A stretch of DNA of 64,000 nucleotides from an uncultured Nitrospiraceae bacterium (GCA_964632865.1 CAZWDH010000002.1:3960-67959); one strand, 5' to 3'. Counted from the first letter of the stretch, positions 1-8,381 are shown. The notes: generated by a model not told the origin, from the sequence alone. Numbers and translations: made by a program.

Positions 1-564
1 GAGCCCATCGATTGGTTGCCCGGCGCGCAATCCTTCCGTTTTACCGTGCCGGAGCAGAAAGACGATGGGGGAGAGGCCGAAACCGATATTGCCACCGCGG
101 CCATTCGATGGTCCAAACAGTTCAATGAGAAGTACGCGACGCTGGCAAAAGACGTGAACGAAGTGCTCGACCGGCTTGCGGCCGCCATCGAGGAACGCGG
201 CTATCATCTCTTGGACGCGGGCATGCCGCTGGGCTGCGGCCCCATGACGCGATTTCTCGTACTCGTGCCGTCAGACGACAAGTACGCCGTCATGAGCGCG
301 TTCGCTGTCCGCGGAAACGATATGGAGCTGTCCAATCGCGACATTGTGCAATGGTTCCGCGACTTCGAGGTTGAGGTGCCGTTTCGCCTTCGCGGGTGCA
401 AGTTCGACACCGTGACAATCCAACTCGACGCGCCGCTGCCGAAGCCCAAGAAATGGGTGAAGCGGCTGCGCGATTTCTGCCCCGACTCCTTCGGCGAAGG
501 CACCTCCAAAGAACTGGCCGACGTCCTGAAGACGGCCACGAGACTGACTTTCTGGTGGGATTAG
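1..564 (+). CDS. DUF4253-like protein, 5' end cut by the window edge
   Basis: The frame is open from nt 1, with no stop before the TTG at 16. The C-terminus RDFCPDSFGEGTSKELADVLKTATRLTFWWD parallels the C-terminus of ORF 57990-58715 (YEFCPDIVDQGTGTVEALADELAKGKLYFWWD). I associate the FCPD...WWD ending with DUF4253. Confidence 0.55.
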   Translation, partial: EPIDWLPGAQSFRFTVPEQKDDGGEAETDIATAAIRWSKQFNEKYATLAKDVNEVLDRLAAAIEERGYHLLDAGMPLGCGPMTRFLVLVPSDDKYAVMSAFAVRGNDMELSNRDIVQWFRDFEVEVPFRLRGCKFDTVTIQLDAPLPKPKKWVKRLRDFCPDSFGEGTSKELADVLKTATRLTFWWD

Positions 565-578
565 AGGGGCCGCGTGTA

Positions 579-754
579 GGTCGGGAATGATTCCCGACCA
601 GGAGGTTCTCGACGACCGAGCAAATTAGACAGGCCCCGGTATTTGCTCCGAGTTCTACGCTGCTGTTGCTCTTGCGTAAACCTGCTTCAAACGCGAGTCG
701 TTGGTTAAGGACGAGGGTGGTCGAGAACTTCCTGGACGGGAATCATTCCCGTCC
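579..754. repeat. Inverted doublet of a self-palindromic element (REPIN/MITE-like) around a ~98-nt structured core
   Basis: GGTCGGGAATGATTCCCGACCAGG (579-602) matches the reverse complement of CCTGGACGGGAATCATTCCCGTCC (731-754). The arms extend inward (600-617 vs rc of 716-733, 16/18 identical). The core has its own hairpin, GAGCAAAT...ATTTGCTC. Confidence 0.6.
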
Positions 755-923
755 TACGCAGATGTTCTCGATCATCGAGTGAGATGGACGAGCCCAGGCC
801 CCTGCTCCAAGCCTTCGATTCTTCAACTTCCCGGTTTTCGATCTGTGGGCTTCGCCTCGACAAGTGGTATACTGGAGCACAGGGCGATGCGAGGTCTCAC
901 ACGCGGCCTTTTCGGGGGATTGT

Positions 924-2132
924 ATGACCGGTAGCGAACCTTGTAACGACGAACCTCGCGGCGACGAAAGTCCTCGTGCGCGAAGCCGTACCGCACTCAT
1001 CATCGCGGTGGTGCTAGCTGGAGTTCTCCTGGTGGGAGCGTACCTCCTGGTAGCCGGCGACCGTCGCGGGGCGCCACGGCCTTCCTTGAGTTTCGACGGA
1101 GAAACAACCGCTCTCACCCATACCCAGATCGTGTCCACGCTGGACACGCCCGTTGAGGACGGCAAGAACGTCGTCTGGTGTGCGACGTTTCTGGCGGGCT
1201 GGAAGCAGCTTCAACAGACAGTGGTAAACGGACCCGTTCAGGTCGAAGGGGCGGACGAAGTATGCGCGCGTCTGAATGCCGCCGTGGACCCCGACACGTA
1301 CATGCCGCCCGAGATTTACTACGCGATCGCGGGACTGGAAGACCAAGGCATTCTGCGAACCATTGAACAAGACATGGCGGAGCGGTTTCCCCGTCGCCAA
1401 CTCCCGGCGTTCGACGATATAATCCCTGGATCGTTCGTTACGTACTCCTATCTGGAAGCGCGCGTACCTTTCACCATTCCGTATTTCGACAACCGCGAAC
1501 CGCTCGTCTTCACGGACGGCAGTGGCAAGACGGCGCCGGTACGATCCTTCGGCTTGCGTAAGGAGGACCGGGACCGGTATGGCCCGCTTCGCGAGCAGGC
1601 GCGCGTGCTCATGGCCGAGTGGCCGGAATCGACCGGCCGCGATTTGGGCGAACAACCGCCCTCATCCTTCGCCGTCGACCTGTGTGGAGATTCCGACCCT
1701 TGCCAGATCGTGGTCGCGTGTCTGGAGCCGGGAGAAACGCTGGGAGAGACGCTTTCCGCATTGGACGCGAAGATCGAAGTCTACAACCAGGAGCATATGC
1801 CGGCGAGTTCATTGGGAGGAAACGACATCATCCTTGTCCCCGACATGTTCTGGAGGATGAACCACCATTTCTCCGAACTGGAAGGCAGGACGGTGGAAAG
1901 CCCACCCATCCAGGGGCAAGTCGTGTCGGTCGCTCGCCAGGACTTCGAGTTTCGGCTGGACCGGAGTGGCGCCGAACTGGCCTCGGAAGCCCACCAACGC
2001 TGGGCCAGTGAATCTGGTCTCGGCCATTACATCTGCGACCGGCCCTTCTTGCTTTACATCAAACAGCGTGACTCTGAAACGCCCTTCTTCGTGATGTGGG
2101 TGGACAACGCTGAACTCTTGCAGACTTGGTAG
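924..2132 (+). CDS. Serpin-fold protein with an N-terminal membrane anchor
   Basis: ATG at 924 inside ORF 864-2132. A TM segment (ALIIAVVLAGVLLVGAYLLVAG) precedes the domain. The C-terminal part follows the serpin layout: ...VVSVARQDFEFRLDRSGAELASEA (s5A/hinge-like), a variable loop, then YICDRPFLLYIKQRDSETPFFVMWVDNAELL (compare the serpin signature F.ADRPFLFLIR...ILFMGRV.NP). Confidence 0.5.
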   Translation: MTGSEPCNDEPRGDESPRARSRTALIIAVVLAGVLLVGAYLLVAGDRRGAPRPSLSFDGETTALTHTQIVSTLDTPVEDGKNVVWCATFLAGWKQLQQTVVNGPVQVEGADEVCARLNAAVDPDTYMPPEIYYAIAGLEDQGILRTIEQDMAERFPRRQLPAFDDIIPGSFVTYSYLEARVPFTIPYFDNREPLVFTDGSGKTAPVRSFGLRKEDRDRYGPLREQARVLMAEWPESTGRDLGEQPPSSFAVDLCGDSDPCQIVVACLEPGETLGETLSALDAKIEVYNQEHMPASSLGGNDIILVPDMFWRMNHHFSELEGRTVESPPIQGQVVSVARQDFEFRLDRSGAELASEAHQRWASESGLGHYICDRPFLLYIKQRDSETPFFVMWVDNAELLQTW

Positions 2133-2418
2133 ACTAAGAAACGTACTTTCCACCTATGCCCGCGTTGTACGAAGTGGAACGTATTTGGAATGGGCATCGA
2201 GACAACCCCGGGCGGGGTATAACGGCCGGTCCACGGCACGGAACCAATTCCAGGCGAAGGTGTTAAACCGAACGGAATCCTGTGTCCCGGCGGGGAACGG
2301 ACTCTTCAAAATAAGGACTTGCAATCTTTGCGCGCACACCGTCTGGGATTGGACTGAAACCGGTCATGCGGGCCTGCCTTCCAGCGAGCCCAAACACTAT
2401 CTGTAAGGAACGGAACCT

Positions 2419-4269
2419 ATGAAGCTCCCAGACATCTTCCGATCCCGTTGGTCGTGGGCTGCCGCGGGTGGCGCCTGTATCGTCCTAGTCGCGGCATTGG
2501 TGACCACCATCGGCAGAGCGGCGGGTTCCACCATGGACGCCACACGCCCGGTATTCGAGGTCCAACAAGGGCCTTTGACCATCAGCGTGAGTGTGTCGGG
2601 CACCATCAAAGCCCTCGACCAGGAAATCATCACGAACGAAGTCGAGGGACAGACAACCATCCTCTACATCATCCCGGAAGGCCGTGTGGTTGAAGAAGGT
2701 GAACTTCTGGTCGAGCTGGATGCCAGTCAACTTCAGGACGGGTTGGTCGATCAGGAGATCAGGACGCAGAACTCCGAGGCCTCTTTCGTGAATGCGCGCG
2801 AATCTCTCGAGGTGGTCAAGAATCAGACGCAGGCGGACATGGAAAAAGCCGAACTCGTGTATCGTTTTGCCGAGGAAGACAAGCAGAAGTTCATTGAGGG
2901 TGATTTTCCACTCCAGGACCGCGACGCCGAGGCAAAGGTCACGCTCGCCCGTGGGGATACGAAGCGGGCGCAAGAGAAGCTTCAAGGTTCGCGCCGTCTG
3001 GCGGAAAAGAACTTCATCACGACGACCGAGCTTGAAGCGGACGAGCAAAACGCGTTGAAAGCGGAACTTGATCTGGAAATGGCGGAGAAGCGCATGAAGC
3101 TGCTCCGCGACTTTGAATACAAGCGTCAACTTGCCCAGCTCGAGAGCGACGCCGATCAGGCTCGGATGGCACTGGAACGCGTAAAGCGCAAGGCCTCCGC
3201 GGACGTGGTTCAGGCGGAGGCGGATTTGAAGGCCAAGGAGTTGGAATTCGAGCGGGAAAAAACCAAGTTCCAGAAGCTCAAGGAACAACTGGTAAAGACC
3301 AAGCTCTATGCCCCTCGGTCAGGATTGGTCGTGTACGCCACGACCGGGCAGCGGAGTTCGCGTGGAAACCAGGAACCGCTGGCCGAGGGTCAATCCGTTC
3401 GCGAACGTCAGGAGTTAATCTACCTTCCCACCACCGATAGTTACAAGGCGGAAGTAAAGGTTCATGAATCCAGCTTGGCCAAAGTGCGCCCAGACCTCCC
3501 CGTAACACTGACCGTTGACGCCTTGCCCGGCCAAACCTACCAGGGAACCGTCGAGTTCATCGCTCCCTTGCCCGACGCCCAGAGCGTTTGGATGAACCCG
3601 GATTTGAAAGTCTACAACACAGACATTCGCGTAACCGGAAACACCACCGGACTGCGCACGGGGATGAGTTGCCGGGGAGAGATTCTGGTCCAGGAATTTG
3701 ATGATACGCTTTACGTCCCGGTGCAGTCGGTTGTACGCGAAAGCGGAGAACCCACCGTGTACGTAGCCTCCGGTCAGAAGGTCGAGCGTCGTAAAGTCAC
3801 GATTGGCCTCGACAATAACCGGATGATTCAGATTGAGGACGGATTGCGCCAAGGCGAAGCGGTGCTTTTGGCTCCGCCCCTCGCAGCGGACGAGATGAGC
3901 GTGCGGCCCGCCAGTGTGCGTGCGAACGGCGGGGAGCCAGCCGCGACGGACAGCACCGCCGGCGTGTCCGTACCCGCGGCGGACCCGATTCCGGCGCCGG
4001 TACTCGCTCCCGAACCGGTCCCCGCGCAGGGGGTGACGCCGGGGGCCGGCACCGAAAGGCCAGGAGGATCTCGCGAGCGCGGTTCCGGCGAAGGCGGCGG
4101 ACGCTCCCGATTCGAGAACATGACCCCGGAGCAGCGCGAGGAAATGCGCAAGCAATGGGAAGAGCGCATGCAGAATATGAGCCCCGAAGAGCGCGCGCAG
4201 ATGCAGGAGCGAATGCAACGGCGGCCCCGTGGAGAGAACGCGGACGAAGGGCAGCGTAGACCGGAGTAG
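2419..4269 (+). CDS. HlyD/MFP-family periplasmic adaptor of a tripartite efflux pump, with a long low-complexity C-terminal tail
   Basis: N-terminal TM, a lipoyl-like segment, a long coiled coil (aa ~100-300) and a beta-barrel region (LYAPRSGLVVY..., LPGQTYQGTVEFIAP). It is followed by, and nearly abuts, the ABC ATPase and FtsX-type permease genes. Confidence 0.85.
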   Translation: MKLPDIFRSRWSWAAAGGACIVLVAALVTTIGRAAGSTMDATRPVFEVQQGPLTISVSVSGTIKALDQEIITNEVEGQTTILYIIPEGRVVEEGELLVELDASQLQDGLVDQEIRTQNSEASFVNARESLEVVKNQTQADMEKAELVYRFAEEDKQKFIEGDFPLQDRDAEAKVTLARGDTKRAQEKLQGSRRLAEKNFITTTELEADEQNALKAELDLEMAEKRMKLLRDFEYKRQLAQLESDADQARMALERVKRKASADVVQAEADLKAKELEFEREKTKFQKLKEQLVKTKLYAPRSGLVVYATTGQRSSRGNQEPLAEGQSVRERQELIYLPTTDSYKAEVKVHESSLAKVRPDLPVTLTVDALPGQTYQGTVEFIAPLPDAQSVWMNPDLKVYNTDIRVTGNTTGLRTGMSCRGEILVQEFDDTLYVPVQSVVRESGEPTVYVASGQKVERRKVTIGLDNNRMIQIEDGLRQGEAVLLAPPLAADEMSVRPASVRANGGEPAATDSTAGVSVPAADPIPAPVLAPEPVPAQGVTPGAGTERPGGSRERGSGEGGGRSRFENMTPEQREEMRKQWEERMQNMSPEERAQMQERMQRRPRGENADEGQRRPE

Positions 4270-4270
4270 T

Positions 4271-4969
4271 ATGGAACGGGATGAACCGGATATCGTCCGG
4301 CTGGACGAGGTCCGCAAAACGTACATCATGGGTAGCGAGGCCGTGCACGCGCTTGCCGGGGTGTCTTTGGTCGTACACCGCGGCGATTTCTGCGCGATCA
4401 TGGGCGCGAGCGGTTCCGGCAAGAGCACCATGCTCAACCTGCTGGGCTGCCTCGACCGGCCGACCTCGGGCCGTTTCATGCTCGCGGGCAAAGACATCAA
4501 CACGCTGAATGACGATCAACTCAGTGATTTTCGCCTTGAATACCTGGGGTTTATCTTCCAGAGCTTCAATCTCATTCCGCAACTGACCGTCCGTGAGAAC
4601 ATCGAACTTCCCCTCTTCTACCAGGGGTGGGACGCGGCAGTTTGCGCCAGGAATGCGACCGAACTGGCTGAACGCGTCGGCTTGGGTAATCGCGTCAACC
4701 ATCGGCCGACGGAACTATCAGGCGGGCAACAGCAGCGAGTGGCGATTGCCCGCGCCCTCGCCAACGACCCGCACTTGCTCCTCGCCGACGAACCGACCGG
4801 TAACCTCGACTCCGCCACGGGCGAGCAAATCATGTCGTTGCTGACCGACCTGAACCAACAGGGCAAGACGATCGTGATGGTCACCCATGAACCGGACGTG
4901 GCAGCCCACGCGCATCGCCGCATCCACATGCGGGACGGACTTATCGATCGGGTGGAGGAAAACGCGTGA
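4271..4969 (+). CDS. ABC transporter ATP-binding protein (MacB/LolD/FtsE-type)
   Basis: Walker A GASGSGKST, signature LSGGQQQRVAIARAL, Walker B LLLADEPTGNLD. ATG at 4271, 2 nt after the adaptor stop. The stop overlaps the permease GTG (GTGA at 4966). Confidence 0.9.
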   Translation: MERDEPDIVRLDEVRKTYIMGSEAVHALAGVSLVVHRGDFCAIMGASGSGKSTMLNLLGCLDRPTSGRFMLAGKDINTLNDDQLSDFRLEYLGFIFQSFNLIPQLTVRENIELPLFYQGWDAAVCARNATELAERVGLGNRVNHRPTELSGGQQQRVAIARALANDPHLLLADEPTGNLDSATGEQIMSLLTDLNQQGKTIVMVTHEPDVAAHAHRRIHMRDGLIDRVEENA

Positions 4970-6240
4970 GACAGCGGATTCGGGTACTCCGAAACGTCCA
5001 ACTTGGTGTCAAGAATCTCTTGCTGCACAAGCTGCGTTCTCTCCTTACGATGTTGGGCATGGTATTTGGCGTGGCCAGTGTGATTGCCATGCTCTCTATC
5101 GGGGAGGGCGCCAGCAAAGAGGCGCTCGCGCAGATCCGGATGCTCGGTAGCACCAACATCATCATCAGCGCTGTAAAACCGGTGGAAGACCAGGAGAACA
5201 CCTCCGGTACACAGAGTTTCGTAAGCATCTACGGCCTGCTGTACGACGACGAGATACGCATCCGTGAATCCTTCCCAGCAGTCAAGCGCACGGCCCCCGT
5301 GAAGGTGGTGCGCAAAGAAGGCCGCCTGTTCGAGCGCGCGCTCGAACTCCGGGTTGTCGGTACGACACCGGAATGGTTCGATCTCGTAGAGCGACGGATG
5401 CTTGCTGGCCGGTCGCTCCTATCGCGGGACATTGAGACCTACGCGCCAGTGGTGGTTCTGACGGAGTACGGAGCTCGCCGGTTGTTGGCCACCCAACAAA
5501 CGATTGGACAGTCGCTGCGAATCGGTACCGATCAATTTGAAGTGGTCGGGATTGTGCAAAGTGAAGAAAGCGGCGGGGCTGGGATTCAACTGCCGGATCA
5601 GGAAGTCGACGCGTACATTCCCCTGAATGTGGCTCGTCAACGCTTCGGTGATGTCACGACGCGGCGAAGCAGTGGTTCGCAGGAGCGAGAGCAAGTTGAA
5701 CTGCACCAACTCATCGTCCAAGTAGCCTCGAATGAGACGGTCGAAGCCACGGCATTTGGCATTTCCGCCATGCTCGAACGCTTCCACAAGAAAGTGGACT
5801 ACCAAGTCGATGTCCCGCTCGGCCTGCTCCGCCAGGCCGAGGCGACCAAACGCACCTTCAATATCGTACTTGGTTCTATTGCCGGCATCAGCCTTCTGGT
5901 CGGCGGGATCGGCATCATGAACATCATGCTGGCGAGTGTAACCGAGCGAACACGAGAAATCGGCGTACGCCGAGCCATTGGCGCGAAACGCAAGCAGATT
6001 ATCATCCAGTTTTTGATCGAAACGGTCGTTTTGTCCACCGTTGGCGGCGTAATTGGAATGATGGTCGGCATATCCATACCGATCGCGGTGACGTTCCTCG
6101 CAAAGATGCCCACCGTGATCGCGCCGTGGAGTTTGGTGCTCTCCGTGGGGATCAGCATGACCGTCGGTGTACTGTTCGGACTTTATCCTGCCGTTCGCGC
6201 GGCCAATCTCGATCCCATCGAAGCGCTGCGACACGAGTAA
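4966..6240 (+). CDS. ABC transporter permease, MacB/FtsX family (large periplasmic domain)
   Basis: One N-terminal TM, a ~250-aa periplasmic domain, then three C-terminal TMs. Contains the FtsX-type motif ...GGIGIMNIMLASVTERTREIGVRRAIGAKR and ends DPIEALRHE. Confidence 0.85.
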   Translation: MRQRIRVLRNVQLGVKNLLLHKLRSLLTMLGMVFGVASVIAMLSIGEGASKEALAQIRMLGSTNIIISAVKPVEDQENTSGTQSFVSIYGLLYDDEIRIRESFPAVKRTAPVKVVRKEGRLFERALELRVVGTTPEWFDLVERRMLAGRSLLSRDIETYAPVVVLTEYGARRLLATQQTIGQSLRIGTDQFEVVGIVQSEESGGAGIQLPDQEVDAYIPLNVARQRFGDVTTRRSSGSQEREQVELHQLIVQVASNETVEATAFGISAMLERFHKKVDYQVDVPLGLLRQAEATKRTFNIVLGSIAGISLLVGGIGIMNIMLASVTERTREIGVRRAIGAKRKQIIIQFLIETVVLSTVGGVIGMMVGISIPIAVTFLAKMPTVIAPWSLVLSVGISMTVGVLFGLYPAVRAANLDPIEALRHE

Positions 6241-6504
6241 ATGCGCGTTGTTTCGGCGGGGGCTCCGAAGTCTCTCCCACAACGCCCCACCTGATTCCCC
6301 CGGTGCCCTCGAATCCTAGATTTCTTCACGCCAAATTCCCCTGACAAAACGTTCAGTATTTCAGGTTTTTCTAGTTTATGCCTTTCTATATCTTGTGTCG
6401 CAACTGTCAATTCATATCTCTCCCTACAACATATTGTGTAAGATATCGCAGTTTAGCCATCTTCGTAACCTGTTGGATCTAAACGAGAACCAACAATTTT
6501 CCTC

Positions 6505-6550
6505 TTGACAGCCGTGGTGGATAGTGGTACGGTGGGGTTGTTGAGTGGGG
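6505..6550 (+). promoter_or_regulatory. Candidate dcw (Pmra) promoter overlapped by GTGG(G) direct repeats (candidate MraZ operator)
   Basis: TTGACA (6505-6510), 17-nt spacer, TACGGT (6528-6533, weak -10). GTGG, GTGG, GTGG, GTGGGG and GTGGGG are packed between 6514 and 6550, about 40 nt upstream of the mraZ GTG. An unusually AT-rich stretch (~6340-6500) precedes them. Confidence 0.4.
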
Positions 6551-6587
6551 AAAAATGGTAAATTAGGGTTCGCGGAAGGAGCCTTCG

Positions 6588-7076
6588 GTGTATTACGGAG
6601 AGGCCGTCACCAAACTGGATGACAAGGGACGCATCACCGTCCCGCGCCGTATCCGTGAAACCATGGATCATGAAGGCCACCTCATCTGGTACATGGCCCG
6701 CGGGTACAACCACTCCATCTTTCTCTTCCACCGGGACGAGTGGAACAAGATCCGGCAGCAGGCCGGACGCCATTCCGCCATGGACGCAAAGACTCTTCCC
6801 TTCCGGCGCTTGTTCTTCAGCAGCGTCGCGGAGGCGCGTCCCGACGGGCAGGGGCGAATGGCGGTCCCCCCGCACCTGCGAGAGTACGCCGGGATTGATA
6901 AAGAAGCGGTACTAATCGGTGTAGAAGACCACCTGGAACTGTGGGATAGGGAAGCGTGGCGCAAGTTCCAGGAGTCGAACGATGCGGAATATGAGGATAT
7001 GGCGGCTCCATTGTTCTCGATGGGTGAACCAGCGGCTGCCTCAACGGCGAAAGGTGGGCCAGAGGATGAATGTTGA
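6588..7076 (+). CDS. mraZ: Transcriptional regulator MraZ
   Basis: N-terminus YYGEAVTKLDDKGRITVPRRIRE and a second SpoVT/AbrB-like repeat PDGQGRMAVPPHLREYAGI. First gene of the dcw cluster. Confidence 0.9.
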   Translation: MYYGEAVTKLDDKGRITVPRRIRETMDHEGHLIWYMARGYNHSIFLFHRDEWNKIRQQAGRHSAMDAKTLPFRRLFFSSVAEARPDGQGRMAVPPHLREYAGIDKEAVLIGVEDHLELWDREAWRKFQESNDAEYEDMAAPLFSMGEPAAASTAKGGPEDEC

Positions 7077-7410
7077 ACGAACAGACATCGGTGCGGTGAC
7101 CGTGCTCAGGCTTGAGGGCGACATTGACGAAACCGGCGTGGACGCGTTGCGGACGGCGCTCTACGAATGCATCAACGACGGCCGGTCCAAGTTGGTTCTG
7201 AACCTCAGCAGCATCCGGTTCATCAGCTACATGGGCGTCGGCGTATTGGTCGAGCGGCTGCGGAAGCTCCGCGCGCAAGGCGGCGACATGAAGCTCGTGG
7301 GCATCAACCTCTACACGCAGCGCCTGTTCCGGATGGTCGGCGTCCAGTCGCTCTTCGACACATTTGAGAGCGAAACCCAGGCCCTGGGCGTGTATCAGGA
7401 GGCGGCATAG
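7066..7410 (+). CDS. STAS-domain protein (anti-sigma-factor antagonist, SpoIIAA/RsbV-like)
   Basis: MNVERTDIGAVTVLRLEGDIDETGVDALRTAL...KLVLNLSSIRFISYMGVGVLVERLRKLRAQGGDMKLVGIN...RLFRMVGV is the typical STAS layout, with Ser in the FIS-YMG position. The ATG at 7066 overlaps the mraZ 3' end by 11 nt. Confidence 0.8.
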   Translation: MNVERTDIGAVTVLRLEGDIDETGVDALRTALYECINDGRSKLVLNLSSIRFISYMGVGVLVERLRKLRAQGGDMKLVGINLYTQRLFRMVGVQSLFDTFESETQALGVYQEAA

Positions 7411-7493
7411 CGCCAGCTTCCGGTGCGGGTAAAGGGAGCGGCCGGGTTCCGCACACGCCGGTACTGGCCGACGCGGTCCTGAAGTGGCTGGAC

Positions 7494-8381
7494 GTGCGGC
7501 CCGGTGGCACGTACGTCGATTGCACGGCGGGCGCCGGAGGGCACTCCGAGCTGATTGCGCAACGGCTGGCCGATGGCCGCTTAATCGCGCTGGACCGCGA
7601 TCCCACGGCAGTTGAACTCGCGCGGACGCGATTGCGTCCTTTTCCGCAGGCTCAGGTTGTTCACGCAAACTACGCGAATCTTGCGTCGGTTCTGGATAGT
7701 TTGAGCATACGCCGGGTGCACGGCGTGTTGATCGACGCGGGTGTGTCGAGCATGCAGATTGACGATCCCGAGCGGGGTTTTTCGCTCCAAAACGACGGCC
7801 CCCTCGACATGCGCATGAATCCTGGCGAAGGAATGACGGCCTTGGAATTTCTGGCATCGACAGATTCGGACGAGTTGGCAGACGTACTTCGTTCGTACGG
7901 GGACGTGAAGCCCGCGCGCCGGATTGCCAAACTGCTGGCTGGTCGCGCACGGGAAGGGCGAATCCGCACGACCTTGGACCTGGTTAGGACCGTCCAAGAG
8001 TCGCTTTCATTTGTGCGCGGGATTCCCGACGAGGTTCGCACGGTATTTCAGGCGCTGCGAATCGCGGTGAACGATGAACTCACAGGTTTAAGCGAAGGCG
8101 TGCATCAGGCAATCGACATGCTGGAACCCGGCGGGCGTTTGGTCGCGATCTCCTTTCATTCCGGAGAAGATCGGATCGTGAAGAATGCCTTGAATCGGGA
8201 AAGTCGCCCGGAACGGGAACTCCATCCCGACGGGAGGGTGAAACGGGAGATTCCGCCACGCACGCGCATTCTGACGCGCAAACCCGTTACGCCGGATTCC
8301 GACGAGGTGCGCGAAAATCCGCGTGCGCACAGCGCCCGGTTACGCGCAGCCGAGCGACTCAGCGGAGAACTCGAGCCATGA
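7494..8381 (+). CDS. rsmH: 16S rRNA (cytosine1402-N4)-methyltransferase RsmH (MraW)
   Basis: YVDCTAGAGGHS SAM motif, DLGVS-like IDAGVSSMQID, FHSGEDRIVK and NPRAHSARLR. The conserved N-terminal HTPVLADAVLKWL is encoded in frame upstream (7452-7493) of the first canonical start at 7494 (see findings). Confidence 0.9.
   Translation: MRPGGTYVDCTAGAGGHSELIAQRLADGRLIALDRDPTAVELARTRLRPFPQAQVVHANYANLASVLDSLSIRRVHGVLIDAGVSSMQIDDPERGFSLQNDGPLDMRMNPGEGMTALEFLASTDSDELADVLRSYGDVKPARRIAKLLAGRAREGRIRTTLDLVRTVQESLSFVRGIPDEVRTVFQALRIAVNDELTGLSEGVHQAIDMLEPGGRLVAISFHSGEDRIVKNALNRESRPERELHPDGRVKREIPPRTRILTRKPVTPDSDEVRENPRAHSARLRAAERLSGELEP

Noticed and set aside
2133-2418. The intergenic GC-rich segment (GCGGGGTATAACGGCCGG...GGAATCC...) superficially resembles a tRNA.
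   Set aside because: No acceptor-stem complementarity, no GTTCRANYC T-loop, and no proper D-arm could be found.
3415-4702. Long antisense ORFs (3415-4503 and 3797-4702, minus) opposite the adaptor and ABC ATPase genes.
   Set aside because: The products are Arg/Ala/Pro/Gly-rich with no recognisable motifs, which is typical of open antisense frames in GC-rich DNA. The plus-strand genes have clear Walker and HlyD features.
6817-7950. 377-aa minus-strand ORF across mraZ/STAS/rsmH.
   Set aside because: Low-complexity Arg/Pro-rich translation. It lies opposite three genes with strong family motifs.
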